Source of the DNA: Armatimonadetes bacterium UBA1398
GTDB lineage: Bacteria > Armatimonadota > Zipacnadia > UBA1398
Direction: 5' to 3'
DNA: 64,000 bases
Assembly: GCA_002305165.1 (NCBI GenBank)
Contig: DBQI01000028.1
Span: forward strand, 6,801 to 70,800
Part shown: positions 9,867 to 19,434 of the stretch, in pieces
Numbering within the stretch: the first letter of the stretch is position 1
How the letters are laid out: every line of letters starts with the position of its first letter
The notes under the pieces: model-generated
Told to the model about the DNA's origin: nothing
The model's input: only the letters and a program-made list of their open reading frames with translations
Database searches by the model: none
Program-made: the position numbers and the translations under genes

Positions 9867-11175
9867 GCCAGGTCTGGGCCTCCTCCAGGATGATGAGGTT
9901 CCGCTTCTGCGCCTCGTTGTCGAAGATTCGGCCCGCCAGCCCTCGGTTGAAGAGGTAGCTGGAAGGGACCTGGTTGCGATTGCGCGGATCGAGGGCGCAG
10001 TGCAGCGCCTCACCGCCGGGCAGGTAGGTGTCCCCGAGGGCGGTGATCCAGAACCACGGGTCACGTCCGGGCACGCCGTGGGCCTCGGGATTGTGGTCCC
10101 AGTGGGGGAGCTGACCGCCGTGGTCGTAGGCGTACTGCATGAGGGCGTTGTAGATGCGCAGCATGTTGGCCTTCGAGGCGTCGATCCCGCCCTCGCCTGG
10201 CTTGCCGAAGCGGAGCAGCATCAGGTTGGCGCCGCTGGTCACGACGAGGGCCCGGCCGTCGGGCATCCACTGGATGTCGTTCGCGAAGGGCCGGGGCAGG
10301 TGCTTGTAGGGCCGCATGATCGTGGTGACCCGCTGGCCGTCCTTGCCATCCTTGTCGGCGATGATCAGATCCTGGCGTCCCACGTCGACGGAATCCTGGA
10401 GCCACGCCAGACGCCCTGTGGAGAGGCTGAAGGCGAAGGAACAGGCGCCGGGGGCGTTCTTCAGGGTGTACACCTTGCGCCAGTCGCCGCCGTTGATGTC
10501 AGCCTCGTAGATCGACGTCTCCAGACCATCCTCGGTGGCGCGCTCCCCGAGAACGCGGATGTGCCGGGGGCTCTGCCACCAGGGCCCAGACGCCTCGGAG
10601 ATGCGGAACCCGTCCTTGGGCTGGGGAAGCTCGCCGAGCAAGCGCATCGTCTTCAGATTGAGGACGAAGACGGCCATATCGGTGGGCCGGGAACGGTCGT
10701 TCGTATAGTGGAGGTAGACCAGCTTCTCGCCATCGGGGGAGACGACCGGCGCGAAGGGGATGTCGCCTCGCGCGAAGCCCTGGATCAGTATGGGCTCGGT
10801 CTGGCCGCTAGGGTCGACCTGGTAGAGCCCCGGCCGCCGCTCAGCGCTAACCCGCTGGGGCACGGCGACGCAGACGATCCGTCCCATCTCGTTCCGCCAA
10901 GTGGGATGGTAGACGAGGGAGGAGTTGGTGATCCGTCGTTCCGTGGAGCCATCCATGCTTCGGACGTAGAGGTCCTGGCTCAGGTCCCCCTGGCCGTGGA
11001 CGGCGTACCGGAGGTAGGCGCACCACGCGCCGTTGCTGGACACGGCTGGCGAGTGCTGTCCCACCGCCGTCATGGGGAGCTCCTCGATCACGGCGAGCCG
11101 ACCCGTCTCCTGGGCCTGGGCGATCCCGAAGCCGAGGGTCAGAAGAAGCGCGCCGGCCAGCTTGGACACGGACAT
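9802..11175 (-). CDS. Secreted TolB-like beta-propeller protein fused to a DUF1559-like H-X9-DG domain
   Basis: Signal peptide; PD40-like repeats (PAVSSNG, PVVSPDG, WMPDG); C-terminal SKANMLRIYNALMQYAYDHGGQLP..HC..SSY..HDQGRLVLYTDG. Confidence 0.7.
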   Translation of the reverse strand: MSVSKLAGALLLTLGFGIAQAQETGRLAVIEELPMTAVGQHSPAVSSNGAWCAYLRYAVHGQGDLSQDLYVRSMDGSTERRITNSSLVYHPTWRNEMGRIVCVAVPQRVSAERRPGLYQVDPSGQTEPILIQGFARGDIPFAPVVSPDGEKLVYLHYTNDRSRPTDMAVFVLNLKTMRLLGELPQPKDGFRISEASGPWWQSPRHIRVLGERATEDGLETSIYEADINGGDWRKVYTLKNAPGACSFAFSLSTGRLAWLQDSVDVGRQDLIIADKDGKDGQRVTTIMRPYKHLPRPFANDIQWMPDGRALVVTSGANLMLLRFGKPGEGGIDASKANMLRIYNALMQYAYDHGGQLPHWDHNPEAHGVPGRDPWFWITALGDTYLPGGEALHCALDPRNRNQVPSSYLFNRGLAGRIFDNEAQKRNLIILEEAQTWHDQGRLVLYTDGSFEVIPPIE

Positions 11176-11251
11176 GGATCGATCCCCTTCCGCCTCCGCG
11201 ACAGGCCGCCGATGGCCGTCCGCCTGGAGGCGCTACGAGTATACCATCGGT

Positions 11252-11280
11252 TTGACACTCGCCAGGGCCGGTGGTAGCAT
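11252..11280 (+). promoter_or_regulatory. Sigma70-type promoter for pheT
   Basis: TTGACA-17 nt-TAGCAT with TG immediately upstream of the -10 (extended -10). Confidence 0.65.
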
Positions 11281-11363
11281 CCAACCGCACTCTGAAACGG
11301 CGTCGCCTACCCTCTGGGCGACGCCCTTTTCGTACGCCACCCAGTGCAAGGAGCGTGGGCGAG

Positions 11364-13451
11364 TTGGATGCTCCCGTAAGCTGGCTCATGGAGCTGCTCG
11401 ATGCGGACGTGACGCCCGAGACCCTCGCTGAGGTGCTCACCATGGGCGGGATCGAAGTCGAGTCCACCTCCCTCTTCCAGGGTCGAGCCGGCTTCCAGAC
11501 GCCCGTTTACGACACCTATGTGACGCCCAACCGCGGGGACGCCCTCTCGATGGTCGGCCTCGCGCGGGAGGCGGCGGCGCTGCTGCCGTGCGGGCTCCGG
11601 TTGCCCGAGATCGCCGAGTTGCCCGCTACGTCGGCCCCCGCCCTATTCTCGGTGGACATCGTCGACCCTGACCTCTGCCCGCGCTACGTGGGGCTGCTGG
11701 TGCGGGGCGTGGAGATCGGCCCCTCGCCCGACTGGCTCGTCAACAAGATCGAGGCCGCGGGCATACGCTCCATCAACAACATCGTCGATGTGACGAACTA
11801 CGTGCTGCTCGAACTCGGACAGCCGCTCCACGCCTTCGACTTCGACGAGATCTTGGGTTCCCAGGTCGTCGTGCGCCGCGCCATGCCGGGCGAGACGCTG
11901 ACCCTCATCGACCACACGGAGCGGCGGCTGGATCAAGACCAGCTCGTCATCGCTGACGCCGCCCAGGCCATGGCCATCGCGGGCGTGATGGGCGGGCTGA
12001 GCAGCGAGATCTCTGACGCCACCGAGAACATCCTCATCGAGTCGGCCCACTTCCACCCCGCGAGCGTCCGGCGGACGGCGGCGAAGCTCGGTGTGAGCAC
12101 CGAGGCGAGCTTCCGCTTCGAGCGGACCGTGGATCCCGGAGGCTGCGTCCGCGCGGCCCTCCGAGCCGCCCATCTCATGGTGGAGGTGGGAGGAGGGGAG
12201 ATCGTGGCGCCGGTGGTGGACGCGATCGGTCGACCTGAGGCCATCGAGCCGGCCCAGGTGACCCTGCGGCCGGAGCGAGCGGAGCTCGTGCTTGGCATGC
12301 CGGTGCCTCGGGAACGGATTGTGGCGAATCTGCGGCGGTTGCAGCTCGAAGTCGATGACTCCGGCGAGGGAACGCTGTCCGTGCGCGTCCCCACCTTCCG
12401 GCCCGACCTGCGCATCGAGGAGGACCTCATCGAGGAGGTTGTGCGCATCGAGGGTTACGACCAGATCCCCTTGGTGTTCCCCGCCGTGCCGATGGTTGTC
12501 GGCGGGTGGACTCCTGACCGGGCTCGCGTTGAGGAACTCCGGACGGCATTGATCGGGTCGGGGCTGGACGATATGCAGACTCAGTCCATCATCGATCCCG
12601 CCGATCTGGACCGCCTGGAGCTGCCGGAGGACGATGAGCGGCGGCGGATGATGGTGCTCGAGAACCCGCTCGCGGGCGACCTCAGCGCCATGCGCACCCA
12701 GCTCCTCTCGCCTCTGCTCCGAGTGGCCGCGCGGAACCACAGTCGTCGTGTGCCGGCGGTGGCCGGCTTCGAGATCGGGTATGTCTACCGGCCCGAGGGA
12801 GACGACTCGCGTGTGGAGACACGGGCCCTAGGTATCGTCGCCTACGGGTCGGCCTACGGCAGTGGCTGGAACCTGCCGCCGGTGGCGACAGACACCGACT
12901 TCTTCCGACTCAAAGCGGCAGTTGAGCAGGCGCTTGGGAAGCTGGCGTCGGCGCCCCTCGTCTTCGAATCGGCCGTGGCGTCGCCGTTCGACCCCAGCTG
13001 TTGTGCCGCAGTTAGCCTCGACGGCAGGAGGTTGGGCTTCCTGGGCCGTGTCGCTCCTAGTGTGGCCGATGCCTTCGAGGCCCCCCCGGGCACCTACCTG
13101 GCCGACCTGGACATCGAGGCGCTTGTCGCAACACCTCGCGAACCGCGGACCTACAAGCCCCTTCCCCGGTTCCCGGCCGTGCTCCGTGACGTGGCTGTGG
13201 TGCTGGATCGCGGCATTCCCGCAGAGCGGGTGACCGAGGTCATTCGCGGGTCCGCAGGCGAGTTGCTCCGCCGGGTGGAGCTCTTCGACGTCTACGAGGG
13301 CAAGGGTATCGAGCCCGGCAAGCGGAGCCTCGCCCTCGCCCTGGAGTTCCGTGCTCTCGATCGCACCTTGACGAACGAGGAAGCGGATGGGATCGTCGCC
13401 CGGGTCGTCACCGCCCTCGGGAGCGAACTGGGCGGCGTACTTCGCTCCTAG
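11364..13451 (+). CDS. pheT: Phenylalanine--tRNA ligase beta subunit (short form without B2 OB domain)
   Basis: PVSWL, TPNRGDALS, INNIVDVTNYVLLELGQPLHAFD, EASFRFER, RPDLRIEEDLIEEV and C-terminal FDX-ACB (FDVYEGKGI..SLA). TTG start follows AAGGAG. Confidence 0.95.
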   Translation: MDAPVSWLMELLDADVTPETLAEVLTMGGIEVESTSLFQGRAGFQTPVYDTYVTPNRGDALSMVGLAREAAALLPCGLRLPEIAELPATSAPALFSVDIVDPDLCPRYVGLLVRGVEIGPSPDWLVNKIEAAGIRSINNIVDVTNYVLLELGQPLHAFDFDEILGSQVVVRRAMPGETLTLIDHTERRLDQDQLVIADAAQAMAIAGVMGGLSSEISDATENILIESAHFHPASVRRTAAKLGVSTEASFRFERTVDPGGCVRAALRAAHLMVEVGGGEIVAPVVDAIGRPEAIEPAQVTLRPERAELVLGMPVPRERIVANLRRLQLEVDDSGEGTLSVRVPTFRPDLRIEEDLIEEVVRIEGYDQIPLVFPAVPMVVGGWTPDRARVEELRTALIGSGLDDMQTQSIIDPADLDRLELPEDDERRRMMVLENPLAGDLSAMRTQLLSPLLRVAARNHSRRVPAVAGFEIGYVYRPEGDDSRVETRALGIVAYGSAYGSGWNLPPVATDTDFFRLKAAVEQALGKLASAPLVFESAVASPFDPSCCAAVSLDGRRLGFLGRVAPSVADAFEAPPGTYLADLDIEALVATPREPRTYKPLPRFPAVLRDVAVVLDRGIPAERVTEVIRGSAGELLRRVELFDVYEGKGIEPGKRSLALALEFRALDRTLTNEEADGIVARVVTALGSELGGVLRS

Positions 13452-13522
13452 GTCACTGGGCAGGGCCGAGTGGCGCTCCTGGCGAACCGCGGTTGCCAGT
13501 GCCGCCTGTGGAGTCTCCGTCG

Positions 13523-13996
13523 ATGGCCCGCATCATGGGAATCTTAGTGCTCTGTCTAGCGGCCATAGTCGGGTGCCCAAAGCCGGATGACGGTGTCCTT
13601 TCGGCGCCATTGGTTACCGCAGAGGGTGCGGAGTCGGTCCCAGGGGACCTCAATGTTGACTCACTTAGGCTCGGTGACCACTTCGATGAGCAGACGGTCA
13701 CCCTTGACGGCATCGCCACAGTCTTCCACCCTGAGACGGAGGCAATCTACGCTGTGGGCAAGCTGACTAGCGTCGCCCCGCCTGGTCGGCTGACCGGGCG
13801 GTGGGAGCATCTGGATAGCGGTGTCCGGCTGGCGGAGGTGGAAGAGACTCTGGGCTCCGGTGACCTGGAGTTCTGGTTCTCGGTAACGCGTCCCACCGAG
13901 GGTTGGCCGTTGGGACACTACAAGTTCTACCTCGCGCTGAATGGCGAGGATGTGGCTGGCGCGGCGTTCGAGGTTGCCGGGGATTCGGGCGGGTAA
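13523..13996 (+). CDS. Hypothetical lipoprotein
   Basis: Lipobox-like AIVGC; C-terminal GWPLGHYKFYL Ig-like segment. Confidence 0.6.
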   Translation: MARIMGILVLCLAAIVGCPKPDDGVLSAPLVTAEGAESVPGDLNVDSLRLGDHFDEQTVTLDGIATVFHPETEAIYAVGKLTSVAPPGRLTGRWEHLDSGVRLAEVEETLGSGDLEFWFSVTRPTEGWPLGHYKFYLALNGEDVAGAAFEVAGDSGG

Positions 13997-14025
13997 CGCG
14001 GAACTCGGCTGGAAGGAGCATAGCT

Positions 14026-14787
14026 ATGGGCCGAGACAGGCCCCTTGTGACGGAACCGATCTTCCCGCCGCCCTCGGCAGGGCACTTCGCCCTGCATTAC
14101 CTGGGCCAGAGCGGCGTGGTGTTGGTATCTGACCGCGGAACGCGGATCGCCGTCGACCCCTACCTATCCGATAGCGTGCCTTTGACCCGGGTGGCCCCCG
14201 TGGCCTGCTTGCCGGAGGACTTGGAAGTCGATCACATCTTCCTCAGTCACGACCACAGCGACCATACGGACCCCCAGACCTGCCTGGCCGTGATGCGCGC
14301 GCGCCACGTGCAGATATGGGGCCCACCGTCATCCATGAATGTGCTCCGTGGCGCGGGGGCCAGGCCGGATCGGCTGCACCCACTGGAGCGCGGAGCCACT
14401 GCCAACCTCCGGGACGTGACAGTGCAGGCCGTCCATGCCCAGCACACCGAGGACAGCGTGGGCTATATCATCAGTCTGTCGGGCCGAACGCTGTACCACA
14501 CTGGTGATTCGGAACTCAGCGAGGAGATGTTCTGGCTTCACAGCCGCGAGATCGACGTGATGCTCACCTGTTTCGCCGGACGGTGGGAGGCGATGACCGC
14601 CGGGCAGGCCGCGAGCTTAGCGGAGGCGCTCCGGGTCGACGTGGTCGTTCCGATCCACCACGACATGTTCGCCGAGAACCGGAGCGACCCCGACACCCTC
14701 GTCACCGCCATCAAGGCCCGTCCCGCCTCCCGTGCCTCCGTGAAGATCCTCAATCCCGGCGACCGTTGGGTCTACCCCGAGGAGTAA
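14026..14787 (+). CDS. MBL-fold metallo-hydrolase (UlaG-like)
   Basis: YLGQSG, DPYLSDS, SHDHSDHTD, YHTGDS and VPIHHDMF motifs. Confidence 0.9.
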   Translation: MGRDRPLVTEPIFPPPSAGHFALHYLGQSGVVLVSDRGTRIAVDPYLSDSVPLTRVAPVACLPEDLEVDHIFLSHDHSDHTDPQTCLAVMRARHVQIWGPPSSMNVLRGAGARPDRLHPLERGATANLRDVTVQAVHAQHTEDSVGYIISLSGRTLYHTGDSELSEEMFWLHSREIDVMLTCFAGRWEAMTAGQAASLAEALRVDVVVPIHHDMFAENRSDPDTLVTAIKARPASRASVKILNPGDRWVYPEE

Positions 14788-14875
14788 CGGCGCCCTCCCA
14801 CGAAAACCCTAGCGAAGCAGCGACCGCGAAGGCGGTGCTTGGCACCGCTCTGGTCGTACGTGGGAGGTAAGCTGC

Positions 14876-15925
14876 ATGGCAGACAAGCTCAGAGCCGCAG
14901 TCATCGGCACCGGCATGGGCCGGTACCACATGGAGGCATATGCGCGGAACCCGAAGGTCGACCTCGTCGCGGTCTGTGACCTGAATGGGCCCGAAGCGCA
15001 GGAGTTCGCGACGAAGTTCGGCGCGGCGAGGGTCTTCACCGACTGGCGAGAGATGTATGAGCTCGACCTGGACCTTGTGAGCATCGCCGTACCCAATAAC
15101 CTCCACGCCGAGATGACGGTGGCGGCGCTCGAGCGCGGGTTCCATGTTCTCTGTGAGAAGCCGATGGCGACCAAGCTGGAGGACGCGCGGCGCATGGTCG
15201 AAACCGCGGAGCGCGTGGGCAAGCGGCTCATGATCCATATGTCGCTCCGCTACCAGGGCGCCCACCAGCATCTCAAGTCCTTGGTGGCCAAGGGCGACCT
15301 CGGCGACATCTACCTGGGCGAGGCGCGGATGATCCGGCGCCGCGGCACGCCTCTCCTGGACTTTCCTCCGGGCGGCAGCATGGGCCGCGGACCGTGGTTC
15401 GTTATCAAGGAGGAGTCCGGCGGCGGCGCCGTCATGGACATCGGGGTCCACACCTTCGACCTCGTGTGGTGGCTCATGGGTTGCCCCAAGCCTGTGGCCG
15501 TATCCGGCGCCACCTTCGCGGCCCTGAGGCGGCCCGAGTTCGCGGAGCGCAAGGTGCCGGCGGACACTGATGAGCACGCCGCCGCCTTCGTGGCTTTGGA
15601 GGGTGGCCGACGCATCTTCTTCGAGGCGTGCTGGGCATCGAACCAGCCTGACTCTTTCACGGTGGAGCTGTTTGGCACACAGGCGGGCGCCCGCCTCGGC
15701 GATGGTCTACGGGTTCTCACGCATGAGGGGAAGGAGCCTCGGGACAACAAGGTCGAGGTCCCGGATGGCGTGGGATTCGTCTCATACGACCACTTCGTTG
15801 AGGGTGTGCTGGATCCGAGCGTCGAACTCATCTCGGAGGGGTGGAAGTGCCTGCCCGTGGCGCAGGTGCTGGACGCGCTCGACCGCTCCGCCGCTCTGGG
15901 CAGCGAGGTAGTGATCGAAGCCTAG
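14876..15925 (+). CDS. Gfo/Idh/MocA family oxidoreductase
   Basis: AAVIGTGMG, HVLCEKPMA and GGGAVMDIGVH motifs. Confidence 0.92.
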   Translation: MADKLRAAVIGTGMGRYHMEAYARNPKVDLVAVCDLNGPEAQEFATKFGAARVFTDWREMYELDLDLVSIAVPNNLHAEMTVAALERGFHVLCEKPMATKLEDARRMVETAERVGKRLMIHMSLRYQGAHQHLKSLVAKGDLGDIYLGEARMIRRRGTPLLDFPPGGSMGRGPWFVIKEESGGGAVMDIGVHTFDLVWWLMGCPKPVAVSGATFAALRRPEFAERKVPADTDEHAAAFVALEGGRRIFFEACWASNQPDSFTVELFGTQAGARLGDGLRVLTHEGKEPRDNKVEVPDGVGFVSYDHFVEGVLDPSVELISEGWKCLPVAQVLDALDRSAALGSEVVIEA

Positions 15926-15931
15926 GGGGCG

Positions 15932-16240
15932 GTGACTACGGTGAAGGGTGAGGTGATGTGCGAGGCGACCCGGCGCGGTGCTTCATGGTGTCTGGCGCTT
16001 TTCGCGCTGGCAATGGGGGCCGCCGTGCTGGCCGACGGTGGCGCTACGGTGGAGTTCGACCGCGGCGTGAGCCACTTCAACTACGTGCTAGGCACCCGGA
16101 CCTTCGGTCCCGCGTGCCAGTTCACCGACGAGCCCGCGCAGATCGAGACACTGGCCGACCTGGCTCGGGACGAGCCCGTAGCGCTGGAGAGCTTTGCCGA
16201 TACGCCCACCTCCCTGCCTCCTGACGCTCCACGGCGGTGA
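15932..16240 (+). CDS. Short secreted hypothetical protein, possibly truncated
   Basis: Signal-like N-terminus, then FNYVLGTRTFGPACQFTDE, then a low-complexity tail; lies between same-strand genes. Confidence 0.4.
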   Translation: MTTVKGEVMCEATRRGASWCLALFALAMGAAVLADGGATVEFDRGVSHFNYVLGTRTFGPACQFTDEPAQIETLADLARDEPVALESFADTPTSLPPDAPRR

Positions 16241-16266
16241 TACGCGGCATCATTGAGGGGGAAGCA

Positions 16267-18063
16267 ATGGCGCGGCAAGCGTGTTCTGTGCCTTTGGCAC
16301 TTTGCATGATGATGGTGCTGGCAGTTGGCGTCTGTGCGGCTAGCCCGCGTGTACTCCTCGTCACTGGCCAGAGCAACCATGACTGGCAGACGACGGCCCC
16401 GCTCATCCAGGGGGCGCTGGAGTCCTCGGCGGGATGCGTTGTGGATGTAGCGCTAGATCCTGCCGTTCTCACAGCCCAGGCGCTCCAGCCGTACGATGTG
16501 ATCGTCATGCACTGGACGAACTACCCGGCCCCGGAGCGTGTATGGGGGGACACCGCCGAGGAGGCGCTGTTGTGGTTCGCCGAGTCAGGCCGGGGCATCG
16601 TCTTCGTGCACGCCGCCGCGGCGTGCTTCCCGGGCTGGGAGCCCTATGAGGCCCTGAAGAGTGCGGCGTGGGCGGACGGGATGACGGGTCACGGGGCCAT
16701 CCACCGCTTTCCTGTGCGCTTCGTGCAGCCAGTCCACCCTCTCGTCAGCGGCATGGAGCCCTTCGCAACCACCGACGAGCTCTGGCACGGCGTGGACATC
16801 GAGCCCGGCGCCCAGGTGGTGGCCGAAGCCTTCTCCTCCCCGGAGTCCGGCGGCACGGGCCGGTGGGAGCCGGTGGCGCTCGTCACCGAGTATGGAGCGG
16901 GCCGCGCCTTCACGCTCCTCCTCGGGCATGACGCGGCGGCGATGGGCGCTCCGGGGTTTCAGCGTCTCTTGGCCCGAGGTGTTCAGTGGGCCGCGAGCGG
17001 CGTGGTTGCTGACATTGGTCTTCCTACGCCTGACGAGGCTCTTGCCGCATTGCGGAGCTTTGACTACGGCGACAACCGCTACCCGGTGCTGCGACTCAGC
17101 GCCCTCGTCCAAGGTTCGAGCGATCCTCGGGGCTTGGTCGAGGCAATGTTCCGGTTCCTCGACACGAGCGCCCCTCGCGCCGCGAAGGTCGAGGTGTTCG
17201 AGCAGCTCTCCCTCATAGCCACTTCCGAGGATCTTCCGGCCATCGAGCGATGGCTCGATGACCCGGACCTGGGCCACGCGGCCACAGCAGCGGCCGAGCG
17301 GATCCGCCTGCCTGGTTGGCGGGTATCGGAGGGTCCCGCCAGCCGACTGAGGCCACGCGACTACCTCGCGCGACTGCTGAGCCGGGATTCCGCCACGGCT
17401 TTGGCCGCGGCTGGGCAGCTTGGGATGGTGCCTCAGCCGGCTCGAAGCCGAGCGCTGCTTGAGCTCGGACGACTCCCGGAGGCCGTGCGCCTGCGTGCCC
17501 TCGCGTCGCTTATCGAGCACGGGCTGGACGCGCCACTTGAGCCGCTCCACGACCTGCTCCGCTCGCCCCACCCGACGGCCGCACGTGCGGCCCAGGACCT
17601 CCTACGCCGGTTGGGTGACGAGTCCTATATGACGCGGAGCGCTGACATCCCGGAGGGTCTGACCAATCTAGCCCTGCTGGCCACGGCCTCGAGCCCCGAC
17701 GCACTGGAGAAGGACGGCGACGCGGATGGCGATGCGGCGGCTATTGACGGCGATCTAGACACCTACTGGGATGAGGCCGACGGAGCCGAGGAGTACCGCC
17801 TAGTCCTCACGTTCGATGAGGCTCAAGTCGTATCCGGTCTTCGAATCACGGGGTGGAGTCACGAGAACTACGCTCCCCGGGATTTCGAGGTTCTCTGCGA
17901 TGGCGAAGTCGTTGCCCAGGTCTCCATGGCCCAGTACCAGAGCAACCGCTTCGCGCTGCGGTTCGAGCCCGCCCAATGCATTACTCTTGAACTGCGTATC
18001 ACCGCCTACTACGGTCAGAGCCCCGCCATTAGGGAGCTGGAGGTGTTTCATGTCGCGGAGTGA
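16267..18063 (+). CDS. ThuA-like domain plus HEAT-like repeats plus discoidin domain protein
   Basis: VLLVTGQSNHDW, TDELW and YGAGRAFTLLLGHD motifs; C-terminal AAIDGDLDTYW..IRELEVF. Confidence 0.8.
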   Translation: MARQACSVPLALCMMMVLAVGVCAASPRVLLVTGQSNHDWQTTAPLIQGALESSAGCVVDVALDPAVLTAQALQPYDVIVMHWTNYPAPERVWGDTAEEALLWFAESGRGIVFVHAAAACFPGWEPYEALKSAAWADGMTGHGAIHRFPVRFVQPVHPLVSGMEPFATTDELWHGVDIEPGAQVVAEAFSSPESGGTGRWEPVALVTEYGAGRAFTLLLGHDAAAMGAPGFQRLLARGVQWAASGVVADIGLPTPDEALAALRSFDYGDNRYPVLRLSALVQGSSDPRGLVEAMFRFLDTSAPRAAKVEVFEQLSLIATSEDLPAIERWLDDPDLGHAATAAAERIRLPGWRVSEGPASRLRPRDYLARLLSRDSATALAAAGQLGMVPQPARSRALLELGRLPEAVRLRALASLIEHGLDAPLEPLHDLLRSPHPTAARAAQDLLRRLGDESYMTRSADIPEGLTNLALLATASSPDALEKDGDADGDAAAIDGDLDTYWDEADGAEEYRLVLTFDEAQVVSGLRITGWSHENYAPRDFEVLCDGEVVAQVSMAQYQSNRFALRFEPAQCITLELRITAYYGQSPAIRELEVFHVAE

Positions 18064-19339
18064 GCCACTCCATCGCCGTGAGTTCCTACGTGCCGCTTTG
18101 ACCCTCGCATCGGGCGTTTTCGTCGCGGGGCGATCTATGGCCGGACCGCCCGGCGCGCCGATCGAGGACGATGTGCGGCTGGGCTTCATCGGCGTTGGCG
18201 ACCGAGGCGGCCGGCAACTGCTGGAGTGGGACTTCCTGCCCCTGCAGGGGGTGCGGATCGTGGCCGTTGCCGACCCATTCCAGTCCCGGCGCGAGGAACG
18301 GGCCGCCCGCGTGACGGAGCACTATGGCGATGGTGAACCATGCCGACCTTACCGGGACTTCCGCGACATGCTCGCCTCAGAGCAACTTCACGGCGTGGTC
18401 GTCGCTACTCACGATGGCTGGCATGTGCCCGCCGCCGCGGCGGCTATCCGCGCGGGTGTGGATGTCTACGTCGAGAAGCCCCTGGGCGTAACGATCGAGC
18501 AGGACCTGCGCCTTCGCAATCTGGCCCACCAGCATGGCGCCGTTTTCCAGTACGGCACCCAACAACGCTCCATGGCCCATTGCCGGCATGGCTGCGAACT
18601 CGTCAGAAACGGCCGGGTGGGCCGGATCGAGCGCATCGAGGTCATCGCCCCCCAGGGCTATGGCGGCGGCTCAACGGAGCCTCTCCCCGTGCCATCAGAC
18701 CTCGACTATGACCTGTGGCTGGGGCCCACACCCTACAGCCCGTACACTTCGGATCGCTGCGTGAACCGTGGCAGCTTCTTCGTCTACGACAACTCCATCG
18801 GCTTCCTCGGCGGCTGGGGCGCCCATCCGCTCGACATCCTCGACTGGGCCTATGGCGATGAAGACCGGGTGCCGGTCGAATACCGAGGCGAGGGGTTCAT
18901 ACCCGTCACGGGGCTGTACGATACGGTTACGACCTGGGAAGTGCATTGCCGGTACGCGGACGGCACTCCAATGGAGTTCCGCAGCGGAGCCACCGACCTC
19001 ACCCGGTTCATCGGGAGCGAAGGGTCGATCGACATCAGTCGGGGCGGGCTGGCCGCCGACCCGCCGGAGCTCCTAGAGTCGACCATCGAGCCCAGCGAGG
19101 TGCGGCTACCCTTTAGCCATCACCATGCTCAGAACTTCGTCGACGGGATCCGCACGAGAATCGCGCCTGTGAGCGACATCGATTCGGCAGTCCGAAGCGA
19201 CACGATCAGTCTGCTATCAGACATCGCCATCCGAACAGGGAGGGCGATCCGCTGGAACCCGCAGGCGGAGATGATCGTGGCAGATGAGGCCGCGCGGCGC
19301 ATGATGAGCCGTACGCCACGACCGGGGTGGGAGTGGTAG
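18050..19339 (+). CDS. Tat-exported Gfo/Idh/MocA family oxidoreductase
   Basis: RREFLR Tat motif; LGFIGVGDRG, DVYVEKP, FQYGTQQRS, LDYDLWLGP and WGAHPLD motifs. Confidence 0.9.
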   Translation: MSRSEPLHRREFLRAALTLASGVFVAGRSMAGPPGAPIEDDVRLGFIGVGDRGGRQLLEWDFLPLQGVRIVAVADPFQSRREERAARVTEHYGDGEPCRPYRDFRDMLASEQLHGVVVATHDGWHVPAAAAAIRAGVDVYVEKPLGVTIEQDLRLRNLAHQHGAVFQYGTQQRSMAHCRHGCELVRNGRVGRIERIEVIAPQGYGGGSTEPLPVPSDLDYDLWLGPTPYSPYTSDRCVNRGSFFVYDNSIGFLGGWGAHPLDILDWAYGDEDRVPVEYRGEGFIPVTGLYDTVTTWEVHCRYADGTPMEFRSGATDLTRFIGSEGSIDISRGGLAADPPELLESTIEPSEVRLPFSHHHAQNFVDGIRTRIAPVSDIDSAVRSDTISLLSDIAIRTGRAIRWNPQAEMIVADEAARRMMSRTPRPGWEW

Positions 19340-19369
19340 GGTCAGCCAGTCAGGGATCGCGGGAGGATG

Positions 19370-19398
19370 CGTGGCACGAAAAAGGAAATCGTGCTACG
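19370..19398. promoter_or_regulatory. Palindromic operator, NikR-like (GTGGCAC-N13-GTGCTAC)
   Basis: CGTGGCACGA-aaaaggaaa-TCGTGCTACG: 9/10 inverted match with an A-rich spacer, directly upstream of the DUF1559/ECF/FmdE operon. Confidence 0.6.
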
Positions 19399-19434
19399 CT
19401 CTATCCACTCAGTCCCTGAAAGGTAGACCAACCG

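Noticed and set aside
8500-11277. 925 aa plus-strand ORF and many other long antisense or alternate-frame ORFs (e.g. 40882-42891, 22249-23964, 3183-4478)
   Set aside because: Shadow ORFs of high-GC genes with no motifs; the opposite frames carry the recognisable proteins.
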